A stretch of DNA of 59,236 nt, filler included, from Sphacelaria rigidula (taxonomy: Eukaryota), in assembly GCA_964200075.2 (NCBI GenBank). It is 8 parts of 8 records of this genome, joined end to end, with 100 filler letters (N's around TTAATTAATTAA, not from the genome) between each part and the next. Parts side by side here need not be neighbours in the genome. Positions count along the whole stretch, not along the records: positions 1 to 7,318 come from CAXNAA020015471.1; positions 7,419 to 14,736 come from CAXNAA020015472.1; 6 more parts are not named here. One strand, written 5' to 3'. The position numbers and the translations under genes are program-made. The notes under the pieces are model-generated. The model was given only the letters and a program-made list of their open reading frames with translations. It made no database searches and was not told where the DNA came from. Shown here piece after piece: positions 1 to 10,559 of the stretch. Numbering within the stretch: position 1 is the stretch's first letter; each line of letters opens with the position of its first letter.

Positions 1-378
1 GTGGGTTCTCGAAAATGGGGTTGAAAAACAAATGAGGTTCAACTCAAAAGTCGTGCTTTCCCTGACCTGAATTCATGACAAATGACTTTAATATGGACCA
101 CCCCATCCCTCCCGACCTCCCCAAAAGAGTATGTGCGAAAGCACGATTTTGGGACCAAAAAACGTGCTTTTTTTCACCCCGAAATGGAGGCAAAAATGTG
201 CTTTCGCAAATACCCTTTGAAGGAATAGAAGGCTAGAAATTCCCCGAAATAGTTTTAGGGAGGTCGGGAGGGATGGGGTGATCCATATGACAGTCATTTG
301 TCATGAATTTAGGTCAGGGAAAGCACGGCTTTTGAGTAGAACGTCATTGTTTTTTCAGCCCCATTTTCGAGGATTCAC
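1..378. mobile_element. MITE/foldback element with ~125-bp terminal inverted repeats
   Basis: 1-~125 (gtgggttctcgaaaatggggttgaaaaacaaatgagg...tcatgacaaatgac...caccccatccctcccgacctccc) is the near-identical reverse complement of ~252-378. The interior is non-coding. The left end sits at the contig edge. Confidence 0.75.
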
Positions 379-2312
379 CGTTCAATGCTGACTAATGACA
401 GCACACAGAGGTCTCTAGTGTAGGGTTCAAAGAGAGACAAAGTCGCCGTCTCTCTCTCCTGGCTTAGAACCGCCACTAATTCCAATCGCCGTTGGAACAA
501 AATTGCCTCTCTTTTTTGTGTTCGCAAGTTTTCAACAATGAAAATAACACATGTTTCAAACCAAGTCTTGGTCGACTCAGAGTTACCTGCCTGGAATTGA
601 TCTGCGGCCATATGCGACGTTCCGATTTCGAACCCGTTCCGAAACGGAGGATTCCTCCCCGATCTCACAAATGTCGTGTTAAATGCTGTGTGCCAACACG
701 TGCTTATCAATCTGTGAGTTCGTGTAGCATCGGCCCGTGCAGAACATATCTGCCTCTACCGCTCTTTGTTCATGAGCGTGATGCAGATCGGAGGATTGCC
801 CTTCCCAATCAGAAGCTTCATTGTTTGATGAAACACAGGGTGCATGGTTTCGAGCACAACTCACAAGAAGGGCACAAAGTGCTGATCCGAGAGGGATTCA
901 CTCGTGGGCACGAGATAGACATAATCGATACGCGAATACCCGGTGAAGGAAAGTCGAGAAAGGTACCCAATTTGAAAGAAGCAAGGGGTATCAGACGAGC
1001 ACATACGAAACTCCTCACGGAACGAGAAACAGAAATCAGGGAGAAAAAAAAAGAAGATGGTAAAAAGCAAACACCGAAATAATTCAGTACTGACCCCGAT
1101 GAAGATGATGCCGATAATTATAGTAGGAGTCGTGAACAGGCCACGTGTAACCCGGTCGCACGACTTCGGGTACGGGGACAGTACAAATGAATGTGTACGG
1201 AAGGAAGCGAAGTCGTTGTCCTATCCCAAACGAATCGACGCTATCAACGTCGTGTCTCGAGACAGACTTATGTGACCAATGACCAGCTCCTGCTTATCGA
1301 ATGTACGTTTCTATCCGGATCCAAGCCCAGATCTGCGCGCACTTTCAACAGTACGGTGGTTCTCGCTGTTGTTTCTGGTCCCACGCGTCAATATTGGTAC
1401 ACAAATCCGCGACAAAGTAAGAAAAACACGTGTACACCTACCACGGGAAAACACACAGACACCCCCTACTCATGACATGTGCATTGGGCTTCAACGCGTG
1501 CCCTTGACGGAAATCCGTTGAGTTAGCAACCCCAGATGTGCTTGTTTTCCGCGCGTGTCTGATGCAAATAATCGTACATACCTGAATCCGAACGGATTCG
1601 ATCGAGGCCACGGACACCTTGCCCCGGTCATAAACAGTAGCATCTCGAGGTATGTCTTTTGTTTGCGGAGGCGACGAGGTTCTCGAACTTACGTCGTGTA
1701 TGGGTTGTGGACTACCCGTTCACGTCTGTGCATTTCACTCGTGCGGTTCCCAACCGTGAAGGCGGATATGGTCGAGGTGGAGGTGACAGGCCAAAGGCAC
1801 AAAGGAGGTGGGGCTTTCGTCTTCCTCGGTCGCGCCATCAACAGCATTGGCGATGTTGCCCCTGAGGTCAACAGTTACACTGGCGAAGCCTGGAAACACT
1901 TTATCAAGTACAGCGGAGCTTTATACGACAATACGTACACTGCCCTGGCCGAAATATTCATTTCTTGGGGGCGTGGCCCTGACGCTCTCGTGATTCGGCG
2001 CGTTGCCGCATCCCACCGCGGACTCCTGCTGAGGGGCGTCAACGAGCACACCTCAGTCCGCAGCGCGCCCGACTACCACATGCTGCCATACGTAGAGATA
2101 CCAGAAGCGTGTGGAGCACGCTAATGCAGGAGGTGCCGTACGGCATCAGGTGGTGACAATGGCGCAACGAGTGCCAACTCATGTACAGAGAGTGTTCGCT
2201 CGCTTGGAACATAATGAGAGCACTCTCACCTCGCCGCAATTGGTTGCGGCAATGAAGAGCGTGCTGGGCATGCGGCGGGCGCCGATAAAATCTGACCCAA
2301 GCGTCCACGCCC

Positions 2313-2993
2313 GTGGCGAAAGCTGCCGCAATGGATTCTCGGGGGGAAAAGTTGTTAGAGCGTGTGGAGCCCATCTTGGCCAATTTGGAGAAGTACTTCA
2401 CGGAAAATCCTAACGAAAAACTAGTATATCCTTCCCCCGATGGTGAGTTCATTCCCGGCCCGGCAGCAGTAATCACTGAGGTTTCGGTGGAGGAGTTTGC
2501 ACCGGAAATTTTTAAGCAAGCCGTGCTTGTCAAGCTGCAGCACCAAACAGATTGGAAGGACGACCCGTACCTGGTGATGAGCACCGTCGTGGCCGAGGCC
2601 AAGGAGTGGCGGAGAATAGAGGTGTCCGGTCAGTCGTCCACCTCTTCGCCGAAATCCTTGCGCAACCATGGCTCGAAATCGGCTGGTCGCGCCGCCAGTA
2701 TGACTTGCCGTCGCTCTGGCCAGGTCGACCACTACGCGCGCGATTGCCCAACGTCTCCCGGTGGAGAGTTTGGGCAGTCTAGTGCCGCGCGCTATCAGCA
2801 TCGTCAGCACAAGGGCAAAATACGAGGTAATCGTGGTGGCGGCGGCGGATCCTCCTGCGATCGAGGGTCGCAGGCGAGCCCTCAGCAGCAGCCGCAGCCG
2901 CAGCCGCAGCAGGATCAGCAACAGCAGGGGCAGCGGCGTCAGCATGGACGTGGCTCTGGGTCCGGCGCCGCAGTAGGTGCTGCTGCTCCGTAA
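2313..2993 (+). pseudogene. Gag fragment of the gypsy element
   Basis: CX2CX4HX4C knuckle with the second Cys changed to Ser, followed by a Gln/Gly-rich tail. The upstream part of gag is frameshifted. Confidence 0.7.
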
Positions 2994-3348
2994 CGGGCGG
3001 TGCAGGCGGGCCCGACCTCTACAGAGTCGAACACTGCGTCGGCGCCGGCGGTGGCGCCGGCGGCGACACCGGCAGCAGCGCCAGGCGCAACGCCTGTTGA
3101 CGCCCTGGTGGGAAGGTCGCCAAATTCTTGGTTTGATGGCTGGGGCGCGTAACCGCCGCCGGTGTCATTTGAACCTGCCGGGGCGTCTTCGCCTGCGCAT
3201 CTTGCGCAGCCGTGGCGTCAAGTGGGATTAGCGGCACATAGGTCAGCGGAAGATCCCGTGGAGCTTGCCGACAGATAAATCCCGACGGAGTTATGTCTTC
3301 CGAATCAACGGCAGCGTGAAGTCATTGTGGTTCGGTCTATGTAGGATT

Positions 3349-4323
3349 CTGGCGCCCATTTGGGGGGCCGCGTGTGTGGGTGAGTGTTACCGCCACGCAT
3401 TTCAAGAATGCGATTTAGGCCCGATTGCGAGAGGTTTTGAGCGTTGATCACCAGTTTGCAGCAGCGTATTCTCCGTGGTCTAACGGTACGTGCGAACGCA
3501 TGGTCAAGGAAGTAGTTCGTGCTCTTCGCTCTATTCTTCTCGAGTAGCGTAGAGCGGTTTCCGAGTGGGTGGACTTGTTGCCGGCGGTGTAATGGGCGCT
3601 CAATACAGCGTATCGTCGTCGTTACGGTAATACGCCGTACCACGTGATGCTTGGTCGTGCCCCTCGGACGTCTTCCTCGGTGCTGGCGTCTTCGTTGGCG
3701 GGGGAATGGAAGTGTGGTGTTCTGGGCGATGTTCAAATTGAGAGTGCATTGCAAGGAGTCTTTGACTTGCGAGAACATTTTCACGTTCAAGTGCAGGAAC
3801 GTGTTACCGCTAAACGTGCGCGTAGACGTGAGGGGTCCTCGCCGGGGCTGGAGCTGCGGAATTTTGAGGTGGGCAACTATGTCTTGTATGCACGCGTGCG
3901 TCGTCCGGGTGTTACGCCCAAGTTGATGGCGACGTGGACTGGTCTATGGAGAGTGGTTGGTGCTCACCACCCGCACGTGTTTGAGATTCAGAGCATTGTT
4001 CCAGGTCGTGTTCAGACCGCCCATGTAGCTCGTTTGCGTTTTTATGCAGACTCGCACAGCTTAATGTTACGGCTGACGTCAAGGACGTGTTCCAGCATGC
4101 TTTCAATCAAGGGCAATTTCAGATGCCCGGTATTGCCCGAGTGGCAGAAGCAGATGATCGTTCGTTGATCGTGTGGTCGACTGGGTTGGTTTCGAAGTTG
4201 AGGAGCGCACGTGGGAGCCTTTGTAAGGCCGTTCCGGAATTTCTGACGAAGGAGTTGCGTACGTTGCGCGTGACGCGTGCCGTTGCTGCTCGCATTCCGA
4301 GTAAGTTTGGTATTCAGTTGTGA
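3349..4323 (+). pseudogene. Integrase pseudogene of the gypsy element
   Basis: DDE-core motif PWSNGTCERM and the downstream GPY/F region, with TAG/TAA stops and frameshifts. Confidence 0.85.
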
Positions 4324-5576
4324 CTTACTCACCGTTCCGATTTTCGTCCAACGCGCTTTGGGGATGCTGTGACGAAAATACGCCGTTACGCTGAGTTGGT
4401 AGTGATGGTATGGACAATGACTGAGGGCACAGAGATTCTGGAAGGTTCTGGATATTGACCGGACACACGGATATGGTATCTGCTGGAAGGTCACTCCTGA
4501 ATAATGAGAATGTTGTAAAGGTTGACAGCTGAATCTGAGGCCAGTAAGACTAGGGAGTCCCTCAACAGCAGCGATCCAACAGTGCTTCCACTGGCTGGCG
4601 TCACAGACCACAGGTTCGCGAGATCGGGCTAGTGTGCGAGAACATATATAATGCTGATGATAGTTGGGAAGAAAAAAAATTAAGATTATAAGATCGCTTG
4701 AAAATTGTGGTGAAATTGGTAACGACAGTGTCAGCAGAAAGTTCAAGTTGGTGCCGGATGTGAAGTGGATAGAGGCAGACTTACTTGGTCGTAGCTTCGT
4801 GCAAGCTCAACTGTGAGGATACGATTCCCAAGGGGGTATTGGAAGCTACTCGCTAAGGGATCATAACAAGAAAAAAGCGAAAACGTAAAAAGGACAGCTT
4901 CCGGATTTCAAATAGTAGCCAGTACAGCAACACCGAAGGCTTCGACCTCGCGTAGACTGTGTGTCTGGAGATCGACACCGTTCTTGAGCTGCAATGCCGT
5001 CCCTGAGAAGTTGATCATGATGTGATGTGCCCATGATTAATACAAAAAATATTGCGATTTTGGTCACCTTGAGGATTTTTAGTCAGGCGAACGCACTTGT
5101 TGGTCACCCGGCGGTGCCCCTAACGCGTATCTTATCGCAAGTGTATTCGTCTTACATCACCATAATTAATGATCCGATGCTTTTTTTCCCACCTACTGCG
5201 GAGCCGTACAAACGGGGGGGATGTCTATGTGTATTTCGGTTTCTACATGTTGGAAAGACCATCATCTTCGTTATTACAGAGTGGTGCGACAAGTAGTAGG
5301 AGGGGGTAGGGGAAGGGGGGCAAGCCAACTTCAATAGCACCCACCCGCTGGGGAGTCCACCCGCGTAGTTCGGCATGTGTATCCAATAGATGAACAGCGG
5401 AATGTATGATATATGCGTGCGAGAGTACCGTAAGGGGGAGGATATTAATAATTATGTCGTCTTGTTGCACGGTGTGTCATACTGTTCCGGGAGTAATCGT
5501 TAAGAATATGTCAGATTACAATGCTAGTAGATGACGCCGGTGACTCGCGAAGAAACTGATATTTCTACTGTTTGTT

Positions 5577-6860
5577 GATTCGTTGATTGATTGATTGATT
5601 GATTTGTTGTCGCACTTTAAGTGACCCCCCAGGGATCCAGCCGTGGCCACATGGTAGACGTACCCGAGATGAAACAAAACTGGAACACTCGCTGAAGAAA
5701 AATAAGAAACATAAAAAGGTAGAACTGAACAACACAGTAGATTTAGACATACAACGAAAATAAATGAACAAAAAGGAAAGGAATAATAGCTGGCCTCTGC
5801 CACATGGATTCGGCGCAAAAGGTCTTGCACAGAATTACACTCACATTACGCAGTCGGAGAAATAAAAGGCCGTGGAAAGGAAAATATTGCGGCTCACCTA
5901 ATACGGCCGGTCTATTTAGGGTGTATGGACCCTCTCATCCATGAACTAACGGAATGAAGCGAGGTATCACACTGCTCTGACATACACCGGCAGAAAAGAA
6001 CACATACATAAAGAGAAAGATGGGGGAAAGGGAGATCAGGGACGGAGACTACAGAGGTGGTGAAGCCCGAAGAATTCAGGGCAGCAGAGTAGTTACAGAC
6101 ACACACCGGGCGGCATCACAGAGGCACCAAACTAGGAGACAATCAACAACCGATATGAGCAGACAGAACGATTCGATTGGCGACCCTTGACGCAGAAGCC
6201 TCTCGTTTGTTTTCGCGTCCTCAAGTGTCGTCAAACTCGTTCGCTCCTTTTTCGACCTCAATATGCCATTTGCCCCACGTTCTTCGCCGCAATGACCCAA
6301 TGGCGTACATCGTTAACCTCTTAATCGTGGACAAACCATTTTCGTCGTGCTTCTTTGTGCGTAACAGCCCTTAGTGCACGTAGGTTCTCCTGGAGGTTTT
6401 CTTCCCACCGCTTGGGGGGGGCGGTCGGCCTCCTCGGGACCTCGTGCGGTTAACCGTCCGTTCATGATGCGTTTAGAAGGGCGTGTTTCCTTCTGCCGGA
6501 CAAGGGCTCCTGTGAACCAGAGTTGACGTTCGCGGATAGTCGTCTCGATACGTCCGCTGTTGGTAATCTCGAGCATCGCGCTGTACGGAAGAGTTTGTAG
6601 CCATTTCGAGCTTTCTTGCAGAATCTAACCACTCACAGCAAGAGCTTGTGATGGGCAGTGCGCAGACCGTCGAAGCCCTCAGAGCGTAACGTCCATGTTG
6701 CACATCCGTACAACATGGCTTTTACCATCTCCGCTTTAAGCAGCAGGCTTTTCTCAAGGATAGCTGGGCTTTGGGTCGATCGGAGAGTTGGGAGCTATAT
6801 TTTCGGATATGCGTCCACGCTGCGCTGATTTCGATGAAGAGTGTCTATTAATGAGGCGAT
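5577..6860 (-). mobile_element. 5'-truncated RTE-clade LINE (post-RT C-terminus, 3' UTR, (AATC)n tail)
   Basis: The minus strand encodes KAEMVKAMLYGCATWTLR..LRTAHHKLL and IETTIRERQLWFTGALVRQ..RPSKRIMNGRL. It ends in gtgcgacaacaaatcaatcaatc. Homologous to ~12990-13450 and to the 3' UTR copies at 7850-7943 and 19660-20200. Confidence 0.85.
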
Positions 6861-7318
6861 TGTAACCGATGGTGAATGATCGAAAGATGGTGAATGATGG
6901 TTTGAATGATCCTACGATATGGGGGCGTTGGTTCCAAGAAGAGCAGGGACTCAATGGTGCGTCAGTCGACCGAAAACACTCACCTTGCGCTTGTAGTTGG
7001 GTAAAAATGGCATCAAGTAGTATGCATGAGTATGTCTTATTGGTCCAAGTGCGTCCAAAGGGCAGTTGCCGCTTTCTACGGCGATTTGAGGTATCATTTT
7101 CGTGGAATACCTAGCCCAACCCCTCCTACTCCCGAGTCATGCTACGATAGGCGGGGGGGGGGTATTTTGTGTCGTTTTCTTCAACGAAATCCACTTCAAT
7201 CGCCGTTGAAAGCAGAGTTGTTTGAATGCGCTTGCTCCCGATAAATAACGCTCATCCATACTTGGCAGTATGTACTCCCTTTCTTCTTTCTTTCTTCTTT
7301 ATTTCTGTTTGCTTGTAT

Positions 7319-7418
7319 NNNNNNNNNNNNNNNNNNNNNNNNNNNNNNNNNNNNNNNNNNNNTTAATTAATTAANNNNNNNNNNNNNNNNNNNNNNNNNN
7401 NNNNNNNNNNNNNNNNNN
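7319..7418. other. Artificial contig spacer (N44-TTAATTAATTAA-N44)
   Basis: The identical 100-bp spacer recurs at 14737-14836, 22154-22253, 29571-29670, 36988-37087, 44405-44504 and 51821-51920. The linker puts stops in all six frames. Confidence 0.98.
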
Positions 7419-7499
7419 GAGACAGTTTGGCCCCTATCTTCTGTGGGTGGGTGAAAATTACGAGAACTACACCTTAGTACGAGAGTACACAAAGTAGTA

Positions 7500-7830
7500 C
7501 ACGGAACGAATGCAAGTGCAACATTGCGAGCGTCCGATGAATAAAATCGCGATTCGTCCTCCATTGAACATTTGCACAAACCAATCGTACGATTCGTACA
7601 CAAGTTGCTATTCGCACATGGCCCGGGCTCGTGATTTGTGCGACACCACAAACAACACATATATTCCCGGGTGGAAATTCGTCAGGTACACCGTCGAAGG
7701 TACATGTTTCTCCCCTTCAATTTGTGTGGTATGAAATCATCGATACATTTTCCCCACTTTCCATTTATGCAGCATGAACAACATACATACATGTTCCCCG
7801 CCTTCCCTTCATATGGCATAAACCATTAAA
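7500..7830 (+). repeat. Dispersed repeat carrying a degenerate ~42-bp GTACATG array (family A)
   Basis: aacatttgcacaaaccaatcgtacgattcgtacacaag...gctcgtgatttgtgcgacac...gtacaccgtcgaaggtacat aligns by eye to 34780-34930. Confidence 0.7.
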
Positions 7831-7849
7831 TTTCTTGAACGAGCGTTTC

Positions 7850-7943
7850 ATTTTTTTTTCTTGGGTACGTCTATCATGCGACCACGGCTGGGCCCATGAG
7901 TGGTCAGTTCAAGTGCGACAACCAATCGATCGAATCAATCAAC
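7850..7943 (+). mobile_element. Extreme 3' end of the RTE LINE family
   Basis: gggtacgtctatcatgcgaccacggctg...aagtgcgacaaccaatcgatcgaatcaatc matches the reverse complement of 5580-5670. Confidence 0.65.
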
Positions 7944-8679
7944 ATATGTATCACGCCATTTACACTTGACGCGGGATACTGAAAAATGAGAACGAGATTT
8001 TCCTTTGAGAACGAAGTGACGTCGACACTGCAGCAAAGATTTGCTAAAACTACCAGTCGGAGGTACATTTCGCACCCCCCGCAGGTGAAACGGCTGAGGT
8101 CCCCCCGCAGGTGCAATGACTGAGGTCAGAGGTAGACTTGATACGTTCTATTCGTCATGTGCCGGACACGCCCCGGCGATTATTTGTCGCGTCGTTGCGA
8201 GGTAGTCCGAACACGACCCGACATCACGGGACTGGAGCGGGTGCAAAGCTGAGCGTGAGCGAGGTACCAGAGCAGACCAAACCCCGTCGCGTCCGTGATA
8301 AGTGTACCGAGTTATGAAAGCTTTCTTCTCTACGATGGATGATTGTTTAGACAACACGAACATGCAGCAGCAGTTAGTTACCTAGGTCGTGGAGATCCGA
8401 CGTTGTAACGGCAATTAACGGCGACTTGCTTGTTCCGGTGAAATACAAACACAAGCACCCGACCGCCCACATTCACAGCAGCAGAAGTACAGTGCAGTGT
8501 ACGTAACACAGTATTATCAAACAGCGCGTCCACGCTTGACGCCAGTCTGTTTCGATTGATCGTGGTGGGTGTTGTGTACCCAGTACTTAGAGTTTCAAAT
8601 CAAAATGTACGCGCCGAGATGTGATAGGATGGTTCGCATATTTGCGGGTAAAGAATGCGATGCGTTGCCCCGGGTTCGC

Positions 8680-9600
8680 GGGTACATGTTTCTCCTCTTT
8701 CCTTCATTCAGCATGAACCACATGCACATGTTTTCCACCTGTGATTGATGCGAGATGAATCAAGTGTATATATTTCACACGTCGGATGAGTCATTACTCG
8801 TCGAAACGAGTGTACTCGTTGATGAATTTGAAAACACAACGAGCATGACTCAAGTACTCGCCTTATTGATTTTTCCACAACGAGCAATAACTCGAGTACT
8901 CGCTCTAATACTTTTTCCACAACGAAGCAACGACTCGAGTACTCACACTAGTGATTCTTCCACAACGAGCAATAACTCGAGTACTCGCCCTATTCATGTA
9001 TTCCACAACGAGCAATGACTCGAGTGCTCGCCCTATTCATGTATTCCACAATGAGTAATGGCTCGAGTACTCGCCCTATGAACCTTTCCAAAACGAGCAA
9101 TGACTCGAGTGCTCGAGGGCCTCCAAAAACGGCCAACGAGCAGCCCAACGAGCGCGAGTGCCACGAGTCATACTCGTGCTCGCTCCACGTATGATATATT
9201 TCCCAACTCCTGTTCACGCGGCATGAATCATGAATACATATTTTCTCCTCTTTCATTCATGCAGCATGAAATACATATAGATGCTGTCCACCTATGTTTC
9301 TCTCAAAATATATCAAATGCACATGTTTCCCGAATTTCCATTCATCCGGCACGGATCATGGTGTACATACTTTCCATGCGCCATTCGCATGGCGTAGATC
9401 ATAGCCACGTGTCATTCTTATGGTATAAATCATAGCCCGTGTACATGTGTTCCACCTGTGATCCAGGAGAGATGGATAAACTGTACATGTTGCTCACTTT
9501 CCATTCATACGGCATGAATCATATGTACATGTTTATTATCTGCCATTCATACGGCATGAATCAGGTGTACAAGTTTTTCATCAACGACTCGTATGCCGAC
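8680..9600. repeat. Composite ~42-bp-period tandem array
   Basis: Outer units are gtacatgtt-N-cattcatacggcatgaatca (42 bp). The inner block ~8835-9120 has about 7 units of ccacaacgagcaatgactcgagtactcg + 14-15 variable nt. Confidence 0.85.
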
Positions 9601-9722
9601 TACCGTGGTAAAGTTCGCCGTGACGCAAAGCTGAACTAAAGTGAATACCTGGTAATCACAGCGTAAACTGAACATTGCTTTTACTCGTTGCGCATTCAAG
9701 ATCCATCATCTGTATGACTCAC

Positions 9723-9839
9723 CGCAACCCCGTGTGGCTCCAAGCGTAAAGCCTCTGGCGACATGTAGCTGGGAGTCCCGCACGAAGGTCCCTCCACGCC
9801 ACCGTCCGCTACACTTCGCGCCAATCCAAAGTCCACAAG
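9723..9839 (-). CDS. CAMK-family Ser/Thr kinase, internal exon (DFG to APE-equivalent)
   Basis: acacag|LVDFGLARSVADGGVEGPSCGTPSYMSPEALRLEPHGVA|gtgagt. 117 bp, in phase with the upstream exon. Confidence 0.9.
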
Positions 9840-10115
9840 CTGTGTGTACAGAGAATGGACACAGATTCATGAGTGGCGGAAGAACGCGGCACGTGCACGG
9901 AATAATCGTCACGCGGGCGCATGGGGCGGACAATGTGGATAGGGTACTCCGTGCGTGCTTTAAGCCGAGCTTTTTTTCAGCGCTCCTCCTACCTCGTATT
10001 CACTAGCAGGCCAACTCTCACCCGTCACCACCTGAACTGTCAGCTAGCTGCACTTCAAATCGAGCTGTTCGGTCCACCATTTAGTGTTTCCGCTGTCAAG
10101 TCAACACGTAGATAC

Positions 10116-10356
10116 CTTTATCGTGTGTTCTTCCACGTCGAGACTCGCCACCAACAAGTTCTCCGGCTTTATATCTCGGTGCGCCACTTTTCGCGAGTGG
10201 CAATATTCCAAGGCTAGCAGCAGCGACCTCACGTACTCCCTGGCATCGCGCTCACTAAAACGTCCAGCCGTCACAATTTTATCGAACAACTCGCCTCCGT
10301 GCACCCACTCCATGACTATGTAGAACATGTCAACCTCCTCGTAAAAATCTAAAAAC
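10116..10356 (-). CDS. CAMK-family Ser/Thr kinase, internal exon (catalytic loop)
   Basis: ccag|..FYIVMEWVHGGELFDKIV..LEYCHSRKVAHRDIKPENLL..TIK|gtatct. Confidence 0.92.
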
Positions 10357-10559
10357 CTGGTGACAGCAGCGCACAGGAAACAGCAGCGCACGGGAAGCAG
10401 TAGCGCACGGGAAGCAGTAGCGCACGGGGAAAGCTGGTTCCTTATCAAGGGTGCACTGTCCCTAGGGGGGTATCCGCATGACCAAAACAAGCAATACAGA
10501 TTATACATCCAAGCAGCTGGGTCTACAAGCTGTTCTCGCGCCTCGAGCACCACGGTGTG

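Larger units (their letters stand above)
1555..5520 (+). mobile_element. Degenerate, internally deleted Ty3/gypsy LTR retrotransposon
   Basis: Gag-like ORFs with a degenerate zinc knuckle CRRSGQVDHYARDC (~2706-2747). Integrase core ~3350-3620 reads FGGPRVWVSVTATHFKN..DHQFAAAYSPWSNGTCERMVKEVVR..WALNTAY with in-frame stops. GPY/F-type region KLMATWTGLWRVV..HVARLRFYAD follows. Candidate PPT (aaacggggggg) and TGT...ACA segment at 5222-5520. Outer boundaries are approximate. Confidence 0.85.

Noticed and set aside
492-1082. 196-aa ORF, and an antisense SRIDYVYL..SD motif suggestive of a LINE endonuclease
   Set aside because: No further domain motifs were found and the spacing is atypical, so it is left unannotated.
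7363-7374. TTAATTAATTAA recurring every ~7.4 kb as a biological periodic motif
   Set aside because: It is always centred in N runs and is an artificial linker.
8835-9120. CRISPR array call
   Set aside because: The variable parts are only 14-15 nt and related to each other (two are identical). No cas genes are present and the context is eukaryotic.
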